Assembly: GCF_001194135.2 (NCBI RefSeq)
Contig: NC_069002.1
Location: forward strand, 4,748,311-4,812,310
DNA: 64,000 bases
From: Octopus bimaculoides
Lineage: Eukaryota
Direction of reading: 5' to 3'
Shown here: positions 1 to 13,146 of the stretch, piece by piece
How positions within the stretch are numbered: position 1 is the first letter of the stretch
Layout of the letters: each line of letters starts with the position of its first letter
Translations under genes and position numbers: made by a program
The notes under the pieces: model-generated
Seen by the model: the letters and a program-made list of their open reading frames with translations, nothing else
What the model was told of the DNA's origin: nothing
The model's database searches: none

Positions 1-454
1 GTCGCACACAAGTGGACTGGCCGTATACCGTCATCTCACTTCTGTCCATCCAAATTATAAAACCATTTTTTTTTTTTATCTTATGTTTACTTTGTAAACA
101 AATAATACATAAGCATTTTATAATGTTTTTTATTTCTTTTCTGGAAACTCACCGCGGACCACCACTTCGAGTAGCACTGTCTTAAAAGGTGGCCAAATCT
201 CGTATCCCAAATGTTAAAACTATTACTTTACACTCATGAGCAAACTGCAGCCCGTTGGACTTTATGAATGGCAGGTCGTGGTGCCACACAGTGAGACTGA
301 ACCTGGAACTATGAGGCTGAGAAGCAAATTTCTGATCACACAACCACACCTACACTCACATATACTTTTTCTTCTTCTTAGCCTGCCTGATGACGAACCA
401 TGTCTCACGTGGCCCGCTTCTCGAAAAAGGTTGCCCATGTATTCTTTATTTAGC

Positions 455-717
455 ATTGTCTTTTTGAATGTAAACGGCTCTGACTTCCATATCAGCCAAA
501 GCCTGCTGAACTATTTTGTCACTGGTTTTACCGGCGTCATCACCAACGTTCGCAACATTCTCTTCTCTTCCGAGATACTTGTAGCATTCGTCATTGGAGA
601 CAGGGGAGATGTAGACACAGGCCATTGATATCCCATAGTCTTTGTCTGGTCAATAAGCTTTCCTCGACTGAATGAAAACCAAACATGAGCATTGATCCTC
701 ACCAAACAGCATTCCAT
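455..717 (-). mobile_element. Decayed reverse-transcriptase fragment of an R4/Dong-type non-LTR retrotransposon
   Basis: Frameshifted minus-strand reading: GMLFGEDQC... ISPVSNDECYKYLGREEN... IWKSE. This resembles GMKFGEDKC / YKYLGQDEN / KIWKSEL, which I recall from this clade. Confidence 0.65.
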
Positions 718-959
718 GTACCATATACATTATTCTGAAAGAGAGAGAGAGAGAGAGATTCAGTGCCTAATACGCATATATCGCCGCCTCGGTGTGTGTG
801 TGTGTAATGAATCCTTCTCATAGGAGTGAATGTGCTTGTGTATGTTTGCTGTGTAGAAGTGTGTATGTGTAGCTACTTATACGTGTGTTTGTGTGTCTAA
901 TGACTTCAAGAATAACTACATATAGATACGTTACTCTACATGTTTGTACATTGTTTATA

Positions 960-1004
<45 letters not shown>

Positions 1005-1329
1005 NNNNNNNNNNCTTTTTTTTTTTCATCTCTACATGAGTGTATGTGTGTGTATAAATGTCACACCATTCAACAACTGGCGTTTTAATAGAAAGACGAC
1101 ACCGAAATAGTTCGTGTTTTTATTTCTCTGTAGATTGTGTGCGCGCGCGCGTGTAGAGTTTATCTTTATATGTGTATATATTGATGTGTGTGTGTGTAGG
1201 GTTTGTGTAAGTCTGTGTGTATAGTCCTGCCCCCCCCCTTCCTTTACGTACAGTAAAATAAAAAAAATATTGAGCAAATAAATAAATAAATGAAACCAAA
1301 TAAACTAACATTAAGTCATGTAATAATAA

Positions 1330-1740
1330 TTTCCTCTCAAGTTACTGGGGAGAAGAGGGAGAGAAAGAGAAATGATAATAGAGAGAAGGGGTGAGAGACT
1401 ATTCGGTAGGTAGAGAGCGTGGGAGAGGTGGTGACAGACAAGAGGAGAAGAGATGGTGGCAGCTTGAGAAGGGTAGAAATGTGGTAGAGAGAGATGGTAG
1501 GAGGAAGAGATTGCGTAGACAGGAGAGAGAGTAGTGGTGGGTAGACGGGAGAGACGATGGGTATATAGAAAGGAGGAAGAGACGGTGGTAGATAGAGAGG
1601 AGAGGGTTGATGATGTATACAGAGGGAGTAAGAGAGATGATGACAGATAGAAAAGGAGATGGTGCTGGTGGTGACGGTAGTTATAAGATAGAAGAGGAAG
1701 ATAGGGTAGATAACAGACAGGTAGATAGATAGATGGGGAT
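1330..1740. repeat. Purine-rich (GA) low-complexity tract
   Basis: Strongly purine-skewed degenerate gagagaagag/ggtagata units. Confidence 0.75.
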
Positions 1741-2199
1741 GGCGAAAGATGATGTATATAACGTTAGGTTTGATGCGTTAGATAAAAGGAAGGATTACGC
1801 ACACGTGTGCATATGTATACACACACACACACAGGTATATTCATATATATATTACCCATACATGTGCGCGTACACACGTACATCCATGACTGAAAAAACC
1901 GTGGGTTTCTTTGATAGTTTCTGCAAGTTTACGTACGTTTTCTTATACCCTTCCTTGTCCTCCTCCCACCTCGCTCTGTCTCTCTCCTGCGCTCTCTTTT
2001 TCACCCTCTCTACCCGTATCTGACTGAACCAGACGATATGTGAAACAAGTGGTTTTCATTAACTGCCGCCAGCTTCTCTTAGGTGTAAGGCTCACATTAC
2101 ATCCACCGCTCTTAGTTTACTTATTACCATCACACACACACACACACACACATATGTACACACGGTCATAAATCTACACGTTTACATAGACACTTGCTT

Positions 2200-2230
<31 letters not shown>

Positions 2231-2794
2231 TCACATTCACACACACGTGAGTCTGATCTCTATATTTGAAGTCTCTAGTTCTGAGTCCAGATCCTGTCAA
2301 GATCGACTTAGCCTTTCATAATTTCCAAGATTAATAAAATCTATTATATTTTGCATGTTACCTTAGACTTCGTCTATCAGGACAAGTCATCATTGTCAAT
2401 CATCTACCCACAGCTCAGGTAGTAGCGGTGTTTGTTTTCTCCCCTAGGTTAACTTCAGTCTAGCAAACTTACAATAAGAAGCATTCTAGTCATGGCCTTC
2501 CCTCCATCCCCAATTTTTTTTCTCTCCCTGTTACGAACCTTGGACCACTTTAGACAATAAATATGTGCTTCTTAAGACGACCTAGTGTTTAAATTCATGC
2601 CCGTTGCAAAGAGGGTGCACTTGACGGCTCTTCCACCCCCACCCCGCACTATTCAATGGTGCACCCTCAGATTTACAGTGATACCCTGATTTCAAAACTC
2701 CACTTTAGCATTATTACAAGTTAATGTCCGCCCAGAATATTGTGAAGCACCCCAAGGCACGAAAATCTGGTAGACGGGCCTGGTTTGATTCGGA

Positions 2795-3060
2795 GTAGAT
2801 TGCAACATTCTTCAGACCTCTTCAGAACACTGACACTCCATCAGTTTTAGTGAATGCGTCAGAAATGTAATCTTTTAATTCATTTACTGTTTTGGGATTC
2901 TTCTCATAAATCTTGTTCTTTACAACACCCCCAAAAAACAGAAATCCATTGGTGTCGGGTCAGGTGAACATGGTGGCCATTTGATGCTGCCCTGCCTTCC
3001 AAACCAACGCTGTGGAAAGGCTTGGTCAAGGTAGTCCCTTACTGTCAACTGAAAAGGGAG
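2795..3060 (-). mobile_element. Tc1/mariner transposase C-terminal remnant
   Basis: VRDYLDQAFPQRWFGRQGSIKWPPCSPDPTPMDF then, after a frameshift, GVVKNKIYEKNPKTVNELKDYISDAF; matches the WPPRSPDLTPLDF motif. Confidence 0.85.
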
Positions 3061-4958
3061 CTTGACAGAATTAACTAAATTAGGATAGAATAGTGGTTTC
3101 ATATTTTTTTTATAATTAAGATCTTAACTGTTAATATATGAATGTGAAAGACATAATTGAATAACTGTAAACTTACATTAGGGCCACCCTATATATATCA
3201 TCATATATATATATATATATGTATGTATGTATTTGTGTATGCATGTGTCTATACAATCTCAAATGTCTATATTTCTTCCTGTATGCCCATCTCATGTTTT
3301 GAAGAATTATATCTGTTCAGCCTGCAAAGATCATTGGGGGTCACTACCAAAATCTGAAAGCCCCTCCCAAGCCACCAACACAGGGGCTACAAGATGATCT
3401 TGTGTAGCTGTGAATGGACGATATAGTCAAGCTAAGCTCCACCGAGATATGAACAGCTGGAAGATTGTTAACACCTTGATCGGGGTCAGCCATCAAGGCC
3501 AGCTGAAGCTGGGGATGTGTGTGTGTGTGGGAGGGGGTTACGGTTTTATTTATTTATTGTTTTTGGTATCAAAGCCACTAATTTGTGCTACTTGTTTACT
3601 CATTTCATCTTCATCATCATCACCACCACCATCATCATTGTCATCATCATCATTGTGATTATCATCACTTGCCCAAGGTGCCACGCAGTGGGACTGAACC
3701 TGGAACGATGTGGTTGAGAAGCAAGCTTCTTACCACACAGAAAGCTGCACCAGGCTCCAATCTGCCTGATTAGATTGGAGCCTAGTGCTCACCAGTCCTC
3801 AGTCAAACCATCCAACCCATGCCAGCATGGAAAGCAGACATTAAGCGATGATGATGATAATATATATATGTATTATACACACACACCTATATTCTATTAC
3901 ACATAGCAGTCAATATGGCAGTGCTTTAATGTACACAGATACAAGACACACCCCAATTTTATGAGGATGTTTATTTTTTTTAATATTTAAAAAAAAATTA
4001 AATAGGAATACGATTTATTTTTAATATCTTTTACACATATATAACCAGGATATGTATATATGTCAGTCAGCCAGCTTCACTTTCTCCCCACTCCATCCAT
4101 CCCTCTATTTCTCTTTCTGGCTCTGTATCTCTGTAGAAGATATGGGTTTTAAAACAATGATTTTTGTTGGGTTTCTTGAAAGGATTGACTTCTTTTTTTT
4201 CGCCCTTTGAATGCAGGATTATTGGTGGTGCCCTTTTGTTACCATATTTCTGTCCACATACACTGCCTTTGTTTCAATTAATTGTTAAAATAATGAAGAA
4301 TTTAGTTAAAATAACTTTCTCGTTATTAAGCTGGGGTCTGGAACAAATTAGCATAAAATTTTCATGGAAGATAATAATTCAGACCACTTTAAAACAGTAA
4401 GTTTATGTCATAGAACCCAGGGTGAGACTACATATTGGGTTATGATATTTGAATAAGATGGGCTTCAAGAGAAAACAGTTGGGATTTACCTCAACTCCCT
4501 ACATAAGATTTACACACACATACGCATGCAGGAATGAGTGAGTGGACAAAGAAAAGAAAGAGGCACTGAGTACATTTAGTTGGAGTTACATACATTTCTT
4601 AATTACACTAATCCCTTGACTATCGTGAATGTTATGTTCCAACGATAGGTGATAATCTGTGAAGTAGAAACAGTACAGTACTCTGTTTCGTTTTTTTTGT
4701 AATTTTTATAATTTGTATATATTTATTTTATTATAAATGCAAAACAACTCCAGAGGAATCGACGTAAGCTCAAATAATAAACCACAATATGGCGAGAGAT
4801 TACTGTAATTTAACTCAGCATAATATGACATAAAGTTTTGTAGCCTTATAGGATGAACACCTCAGACTCACACACACACACACACCATCCAGCTCTCACA
4901 TTTGTTATGCGTTGTAACTTCATCTGACCATCATCCTTCTCTGTTTCTGTGTTTTCAG

Positions 4959-5103
4959 CTCCGGAGTTTCAGCGGAGACCAAACCGAGTCGAGGTGGAAT
5001 ATGTCGGGCAGCGAATTCGTCTTCAGTGCCGAGTTAAGGGCAAACCAAGGCCGATGCTGTCATGGTACCGTAATGGAAAAAGGGTTAATGTTAGTCAACC
5101 CAG
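4959..5103 (+). CDS. FGFR: FGFR exon: Ig1 first half (APEFQRRPNRVEVEYVGQRIRLQCRVKGKPRPMLSWYRNGKRVNVSQPR)
   Basis: Acceptor ctgtgttttcag, donor ag|gtatgg, phase 1 to 2; Ig B-strand Cys and C-strand WYRNG. Confidence 0.9.
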
Positions 5104-5962
5104 GTATGGTTCACTTTTGTTCTACACACACACACACACTTAGGTTTTGGTGTGTTTGTATTTATTTGATATTGTTTTCATTCTTAGTTGTGTGTGTGTG
5201 TGTGTGTGTAAGCATGTTCATTTCCATTAAACAATGATGATATATACGCATATGTTTAGACACACAGCTAGTTATATTTCTATGTATAATGTACCCAAAC
5301 ATACTATGAACACGTGTGTGTGTATGTATATATTTATTTATGTATGTGTGTGTGGATGTTAAAGAAGAATTTTCAGCACCAGATCGTAAGATCCATTTGC
5401 ATCAAACAGTTCTATAACCAAAGGCCTTTAAAGTTCAAATAAATAAAAGTCCCCGTAATATATTAGGAGCTCAAATATAATCAACTCTACTTTTTGCAAC
5501 TAAATATGCAACCTTATCATCAACATCCTACAAGCAGGATGTTCCAACAGAAAGACCTTACCAAAGGGTCGGTGCTCTACAGAATGATGTAATATCTCAA
5601 AACCCTTTCAACCCATGCCAGCATAGACAAGAGGGATATGAACATAAAAATGATAATGGTGATGGTGGTGGAAGTGGTAGTGATGACGCCAACAAGAACG
5701 ATATTTTTGCCATTTTTGTGATGTTGCGTATCCTATTTGCCGCCATATAAAAACTCGATTCCCTGAAATATGCATCAAGGACTTATCCAAATGTCATGTA
5801 CATATGTGTGTGTGTGTGTGTTTGTATCACCACTCACTTCAAAACCCATTGGAAGTCGCTCTTACGAAATATATACTGAGGCAAGTTTAAACCGTGCCAT
5901 GTCCCCTCTACCCTCACACCTCTGCAAAATATTCTTGTGTAATAAAAGTGTGTCGTTTGTAG

Positions 5963-5990
5963 GGGATCTGTGTTGTACACCTCAAATAAG
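5963..5990 (+). CDS. Candidate 28-nt FGFR Ig1 mini-exon (R-GSVLYTSNK)
   Basis: tgtcgtttgtag|...aag|gtatgt. Phase 2 in matches the previous exon; phase 0 out mirrors the Ig2a/Ig2b junction. The partner exon is not visible (gap 6140-6742). Confidence 0.35.
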
Positions 5991-6104
5991 GTATGTATGC
6001 GTTTGTGTATGTATATATGTGTGTATACATTTCTGTATATGTATGTTTGTGTGTGTATGTATGTGTACATAGTATATATGTATATATTTCTGTATGGTGT
6101 GTGT

Positions 6105-6139
<35 letters not shown>

Positions 6140-7637
6140 NNNNNNNNNNNNNNNNNNNNNNNNNNNNNNNNNNNNNNNNNNNNNNNNNNNNNNNNNNNNN
6201 NNNNNNNNNNNNNNNNNNNNNNNNNNNNNNNNNNNNNNNNNNNNNNNNNNNNNNNNNNNNNNNNNNNNNNNNNNNNNNNNNNNNNNNNNNNNNNNNNNNN
6301 NNNNNNNNNNNNNNNNNNNNNNNNNNNNNNNNNNNNNNNNNNNNNNNNNNNNNNNNNNNNNNNNNNNNNNNNNNNNNNNNNNNNNNNNNNNNNNNNNNNN
6401 NNNNNNNNNNNNNNNNNNNNNNNNNNNNNNNNNNNNNNNNNNNNNNNNNNNNNNNNNNNNNNNNNNNNNNNNNNNNNNNNNNNNNNNNNNNNNNNNNNNN
6501 NNNNNNNNNNNNNNNNNNNNNNNNNNNNNNNNNNNNNNNNNNNNNNNNNNNNNNNNNNNNNNNNNNNNNNNNNNNNNNNNNNNNNNNNNNNNNNNNNNNN
6601 NNNNNNNNNNNNNNNNNNNNNNNNNNNNNNNNNNNNNNNNNNNNNNNNNNNNNNNNNNNNNNNNNNNNNNNNNNNNNNNNNNNNNNNNNNNNNNNNNNNN
6701 NNNNNNNNNNNNNNNNNNNNNNNNNNNNNNNNNNNNNNNNNNCTCGTTTATATTGCTCAGTTCCCCCTCATTACCTCTGATCTTTCAGTTATTGTTGATG
6801 CTGTAGTTGTGGCAGTTATTGTTATAGCTTATAATGTAGTATACACATCTGCAGTGCGTGTATGTGTGCAGCTGTCAAATTATGTGTGTGTATGTATATA
6901 TATATATATATGTGTGTGTGTGTATATATGTTATTATTATTATTATCATCATGCTGGACAAAATGCTCAGCAACATTTCGTCTATCTTTATGTTCTGAGT
7001 TCAAATTTTGCCATGGTTGACTTTGCCTTTCATCTTTTTGGGCTCAGTAAATTAAGTACCAGTGAAACACGAGAGTTAATGTAATTGGCTAGTGCCCCCC
7101 CCCCCCTCAAAAAAATTTTGAGGCCTTCCGTAGAAATTATTATTATTATTTATTATTATTATGCTGGACGAAATGTTTAGCGATATTTCACCTGTCGTTA
7201 CATTCTGGGTTCGATTTCTCAGCATACATTCAAGTATTTGGACTTGTGTGGACCAGTTTCTGGACTGGCATTATAGCCTCACCTTCCTCAGCAAGCGTTA
7301 CCATGATAAAGAGCCCCAACCCGTCGTGTTGAAGTCTGCACTGCAACTGATTTATTTTGCGCCGTAGCCTGGTGCAGCCATCTGGTTCGCCAGTCCTCAG
7401 TCAAATCGTCCAACCCATGCTAGCATGGAAAGCAGACGTTAAACGATGATGATGATGATGATTCATGGCAACCACCAGTGTGAAAATACTTTCAGTTTTC
7501 CGTGAATTAATTTTCTCATGATTTATTCGCTCCGTATATATGTATATATTATTTTATTTTATTTTATATATATATATATATTATTTTATTTTATTTTATA
7601 TATATATATATATTATTTTATTTTATTTATGTTTCAG

Positions 7638-7694
7638 AAAAAGAAAATACAACATCAGACACAATATCAGATGCAGAATATGTAAAGCAAAGAG
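7638..7694 (+). CDS. FGFR: FGFR exon: Ig1-Ig2 linker / acid-box position (KENTTSDTISDAEYVKQR-G)
   Basis: T-rich tract then gtttcag|, donor g|gtaaac, 57 nt, phase 1 to 1, joins the Ig2 exon in frame as RGPPRW. Confidence 0.8.
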
Positions 7695-8285
7695 GTAAAC
7701 TTGGTTTTTCATTCTTCTTATTGTTGTTGTTAAGGCGGCCAAGCTGTCAGAATCGTTAGCACGCCAGGCAAAATGCTTAGCAGTATTTCGCCTGTGGCTA
7801 CATTCTGAGTTCAAATTCTGCCAAGGTCGACTTTACTTTTCACTCTTTCGGGGTCAATATGCTACTTTGAGGGACTCTGGTAAATATTACTTAATTTTCG
7901 AAACAAGTGGGGAATGGCAATGGAAAGAACTTCTGGTTGTAAGAAAATTACTTCAATAAGTTTCATCAGACACACGCTAGCAAAGGGAGGTGGACGTGAA
8001 AATGAAATGATTTATACATGCGCGCACGCACATGCACACACACACACATACAGATAGATACATAGACAGATGCACACAGGCACACACACACAAATATTAG
8101 GCATCAGTTCTCATCTACCAAATTCATTCACAAGGCTTTAGTCATCCCAGGGCTATTGTAGAAGATACTTGCCCAAGATGCCACGCAGTGGGACTGAACC
8201 TGGAACCATGTGGTTGGGAAGCAAGCTTCTTACCATACTGCCATTCTTGCACCAATACACACACAAGCATATGTATATATATATA

Positions 8286-8441
8286 GGTTTCGGCCAGTAT
8301 AGACCCCAGGCCATGTCTAACTTAATAGCACCACCTGGTGAAGTCTTTTAGTCATATATGAGGCACCATATATATATATATTATATATATTTTACATATA
8401 TATATTATATATAGACACCCAGAATCGCATAGTCTGAAACC
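8286..8441. mobile_element. Possible small TA-flanked MITE
   Basis: tata|GGTTTCGGCC ... AGTCTGAAACC|tata: short imperfect terminal inverted repeats. Confidence 0.35.
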
Positions 8442-9173
8442 TATATTATATATATAATATATGTTTGCCTGTATTTATTGGTGTGTGCGTATATATACAC
8501 ACACGCACTATCCTCTCCCCTTCCCTCTAGGCTGGCAATATTCCTTGATTCAGCATCTTGCTAATGGTCTGAAACCAAGGGAGGGAGATAGTGTGTGTGT
8601 GTGTGTGTACATATGTATGTGTACGGTTTGGTAGTGAGATAATTGTAGCTTCAGCTGTTAAAGAATTCCTTCCTGTTTTTCTTTTTGTTAAGTTTTTTTT
8701 TCTTTCCCTTTCTTCTCCTCTGCTCCCCCCCACCACCACCACCTTTGCTATTTTATAGCTTATTGCTTATGTCAATAGAATTAAAGATATACTTTTACCT
8801 CCATCTGTTGTTGTAGTTCAGAGACATACATACACATTCATGCCCATACATACATGTATTTACGTGTGCATATGTATGTGTATATAAATATGTATGTATA
8901 TGTATGTGTGTATATATGTATATATATGTGTATATATCTATATATTTATGTATATATATGTGTGTGTATATATATATTTATGTGTATATCTATATATATG
9001 CATATATGTATGTATATATATATATATATGTGTGTATGCATATATATATGTATATATGTGTACACCATGAACACTTGTATCAAACTTTCTCTCTTTCTTA
9101 GTCTCTTGTTAAAGAGCAGTGAGTGAGCAGTTTTCTCTGACTCTATGTTTTTATCTTTACATCTCTTACACAC

Positions 9174-9209
<36 letters not shown>

Positions 9210-10483
9210 TTTGCAGTCTAACTTCTTTATCAGTCTCAACTAAAATTAATGTTTCTGTGCAGTTCTAGTGGTCGTTAAGTTAAGGAAATCCCATGAAAGT
9301 GATGGTGGGGACAGTGGCACCTGGACTAAAATTGAGAAGGGGAATGTGTGTCTGTGTGTGTGGTGGTGGGGGGATGGCATCGGGATGCTGGTCTTTGTCT
9401 TTCTACATCCATTTCACCATGCCTGTATGGGTCGGACAGATCTTCTTCAGCACATCATCTCGCCATATGTCATTGTTTGTTATCTCCTTTATTAGGTTCA
9501 GCTTCCTGAGATCTTCTGTTCCCAATATAAACACATGCAAACACAAACACTCACATACACACACACACATTCACACAGATACACACACTTACATATGGCC
9601 CTGCATCTTTCATTCTCTTTACACCTCCCTCTCTCTCTCTCTCTCTCTCATTATCTCTTTGTCTCTCAGAGACCAGGCCCCAGCTATCTAGAAAGGGTAC
9701 AGTTGTAAATAGGGAACTGTCCCATCCATAGTTTAGCTAGAGGAATGTGGCTTAGTGGTCACAATTGGCACCACTGTATTTACTGAAATTATTTATATGA
9801 AAATCTTAACAGGCATGCCTGGGTAGTAAGAAGCTTGCTTCCCAACCACATGGTTCTGGGTTCAGTCCCACTGTGTGGCATCTTGGACAAGTGTCTTCTA
9901 CTATAGCCTCAGGTCAACCAAAGCCTTGTGAGTGGATTTGGTTGACAGAAGCTAAAAGGAGCCCATCATATATATCTATGTGTGTGTGTGTGTGTGTGTG
10001 TCCTTGAGTCTGTGTTTGTTATAGTCTCCTTCCCCGTCCCCTGCTTGACAAAAGGTATTGGTGTGATTACATCCCCATAACTTAACCATTTGGCAAAAAG
10101 ACCCTGATAAGTATTGAGGTCAATTTGACTAAAAATTCTTCAAGGTGGTGCCCCAGCACGACCACTGTCTAATGACTGAAACAAGGAAAAGATAAAAAGA
10201 CGAAAGACCTAGTTTATTAAAACACTGCCTGAGTACCTTAACAAAGGCTTAATTGAGTGGTTAACAGGTTTGCTCTACTGGACACAGGTTCCACCCCACT
10301 GGATGGCATTTTAGTCAAGCCTCATACTTTATAGCATAATAGCTGTCTCTCAATACACCCATTTATTTCTGAACGAGGGAGTTGTTCAAGACTTTTGTCC
10401 TCTTCGTAAGATTTCTGATAAAAATTTGTTGCTGTACAACTAATGTCAGGACCAACCAACAAAACTTGTTGTGTTGCTCCTAC

Positions 10484-10490
10484 AACAACA

Positions 10491-10567
<77 letters not shown>

Positions 10568-10580
10568 TACTCCTTCTACA
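10484..10580. repeat. (CAA)n-(TAC)n trinucleotide microsatellite, representative of dozens of simple repeats in the window
   Basis: Direct reading. Confidence 0.95.
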
Positions 10581-10927
10581 TTAATGGTAGAGAACTTGTA
10601 TGTTTGCAAGAAAACTTAACCCATCTGTCTATCACATCTTAACACTGATGGATATCTCATAAGCATCCCAACCAACTTAAAGGTGTATAAGTAGGTAAGT
10701 GTGTGTGTGTGTGTGTGTGTTTATCGTAGTGACCCCCCTTTCCTCGACTGATTCACCCCAGATGTTCGCATTCTACTTCCTGTTTACCCAGAGACATATC
10801 TAGCTTTTTCACTCAAATATCTCATTGGCACATTATGCATGTCCTGCTTGCTTCTTTTACACACTTCCTTCATAAACATTTCACCTCCACCCCTTCCCTA
10901 CTTAAGCATACATATATACATATATAT

Positions 10928-10984
<57 letters not shown>

Positions 10985-11317
10985 AGCAAGCATTTGCTGT
11001 AAATATCTGACTAGCCAATAACAGTATGTCCTGTTTCCTTCCAGCTCATAATGTTGGTTCCAGCACTTCCTGAATAAACATGCTTGTCTATCTATTCATC
11101 TGTCTATCTATCAGTTTGTCTGTCTATCCATCTATGTATCTCTGTCTATCTATTGTCTAACCATCTATTTGTCTGATTGTCTGTCTGTCTATCTATCTGT
11201 TTGCCTGTCTGTTGGTCTGTCTCCCTACTTGTCTATCAGCGAGTAAAACAGTAAAACGTCCTGTACACTAAACACATTATTGTCATTTTGTTTTGCTTTT
11301 TATTTATTTTTATCAAG

Positions 11318-11475
11318 GTCCACCACGATGGTCATCTAAAAAGGCCCCGATCAGACTTGTGGCACGTCCACCAAGTTCTTGGGTCCAATTGAAATGTCCG
11401 GCTATTGGGAACCCTAAGCCCAACATAACGTGGTATAAATCTGGTAAACTTTTCAAAGAGGGCCAAATGAAACAG
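11318..11475 (+). CDS. FGFR: FGFR exon: Ig2 first half (GPPRWSSKKAPIRLVARPPSSWVQLKCPAIGNPKPNITWYKSGKLFKEGQMKQ)
   Basis: tttatcaag| ... cag|gtaaga, phase 1 to 0; CPAxGNPxPxITWYK is typical of FGFR D2. Confidence 0.95.
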
Positions 11476-11582
11476 GTAAGATGGAAAGATTAAAAAAATT
11501 TTTTTTAATTTTTTACCCCAAACTCAAGTGCCCTCCACCCCCCACCCCCATGCACCTATCCAGCAATTATTTAGGCATGTAG

Positions 11583-11703
11583 CCTAAACCCTAACCTTAA
11601 TTCCAACCCTTAATCCTAATCCTAAACATTGACACTAAGCCCAAATCCCAACACTGAATCCTAATCCTAAAACCCTGACCTAACTTTAAACCCTAAACCT
11701 AAT
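11583..11703. repeat. Degenerate interstitial (CCCTAA)n telomere-like repeat
   Basis: cctaaaccctaaccttaattccaacccttaatcctaatcctaa...ccctaaacctaa. Confidence 0.55.
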
Positions 11704-12084
11704 TCAGATCATTTCACAGTGTAGGCTATGGATACTGTGGCAGATCTCATGCTAAAACAACACCAACATTCTGTGGTATTTCAGCAGTGGTGTCTTCTGG
11801 TATACAGGCACAGCAAACTTGAATGGTTTAAAAGTTCACATTGTGGTTTGAGGGAGATTTAGTTAGCTGCTGTTTCCAGCAGGGTGGACAAACATGAGCA
11901 GGTTACGAATTTTTTTTTTTTTTTTTTTTTTAATAGCTGGTCACTCATCTTGTTACTAAACCACTGATCAAAGGAGGAGATAAAAGTGAGACCTGTTGAC
12001 CTAATTGTCGGCCAGGTAGACTGATAAAAAGCATTTTGCATTTTAGTTATTCTGCTATTAATGTATTTATATTTATTTGTTCAG

Positions 12085-12202
12085 GCAAGAAAATGGACGC
12101 TAACGATCAAGGATGTTGTTCCAGAAGATGCTGGGAATTACACCTGCATTGTGAGCAATGAAGAGGGATCGATCCACTGGACCTATGAACTCAAGATTGT
12201 TC
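12085..12202 (+). CDS. FGFR: FGFR exon: Ig2 second half (ARKWTLTIKDVVPEDAGNYTCIVSNEEGSIHWTYELKIV)
   Basis: ttgttcag| ... c|gtcagt, phase 0 to 1; DxGNYTC motif. Confidence 0.95.
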
Positions 12203-13146
12203 GTCAGTATTCTGGTATATGTTCTTAATCTGGTGTGTGTTGGTGATATTGTGAGCGAGAGATTACTGAGAGTGGGGTTAAGGAGAGAGAGAAATACAAG
12301 GTGAGAAAGAAATAATGGAAATCAGCAAAAATGGGAGAATGAAAGAAAGGAATAGACATATGGGAGAGAGATTAAATGTTTGGGGTGGGGAGTTAAAATG
12401 GGAGAGAAGACAAGGGAGGAGGGGTGTAATAGAAATGAGAAGTTTGTATTTTGAGAGAGAGAGAGAAAGTGGTGGGTGTGTAAGAGAGATAGGAAGATAG
12501 TGTATGTGATGTAAAATTTGAGATGAAGGCAGGACTGAGACAGAAAGAGAGCGTGGTCAAAACAATATCTGTGTATCGCAATTTCTGTGTTATTTCCCTT
12601 CATCAGCACAAGAATTGTTCGGCTAGAGGTGGCGCTGCCAAATTCTCATTCGAAATATATAGTTTCCAGAGTGATAGTCACTGATCTATAAATTAGAAAA
12701 TTACTATTTTTAAATCTCACAACGAGAGATATTCAGCAACAGTACTTTGGAGTAAAGATTGTTTGCCAACATAACATGGCAGTCCTAGTTTAGGGCGAAT
12801 GTTGCTGTAATTTAGCCCCAGGAGACATTGTCTTCAGCTGGCTATACGACACGATCTGTGTCCTGATATTTTCTAACAAGGGGCTAAATTACAGTAACAT
12901 TCGTCCTAAACCAGGACTGCCATGTTATGTTGGCAAATAATCTTTACTCCGAAGTATTATTGCTGAATATCTCTCATTGTGAGATTTACAAATAGGAATT
13001 AAATGTTTACATACAGAGAGAGAGACACACACAGGCTATGATTTGATACGTGCATGCATATTTGCTGAGTTGATCACTGATTGAAAAAAAAAAATTTAAT
13101 TAAATTTAAGAATTAAAAAAAAGAAAATTTTTTTTTTATGTTGTAG

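Noticed and set aside
1-4958. FGFR signal-peptide or first exon
   Set aside because: No convincing ATG-plus-hydrophobic exon with a phase-1 donor was found; it is probably upstream of the window.
5377-5385. 9-nt microexon CACCAGATC with donor gtaaga
   Set aside because: In frame, but the upstream tract is purine-rich; no support beyond chance AG/GT.
5970-7084. Long ORFs in the ORF track (278-363 aa, and similar ones at 17-18, 21, 46, 53 and 58 kb)
   Set aside because: They are artefacts of N gaps and (TA)n/(CA)n repeats that lack stop codons.
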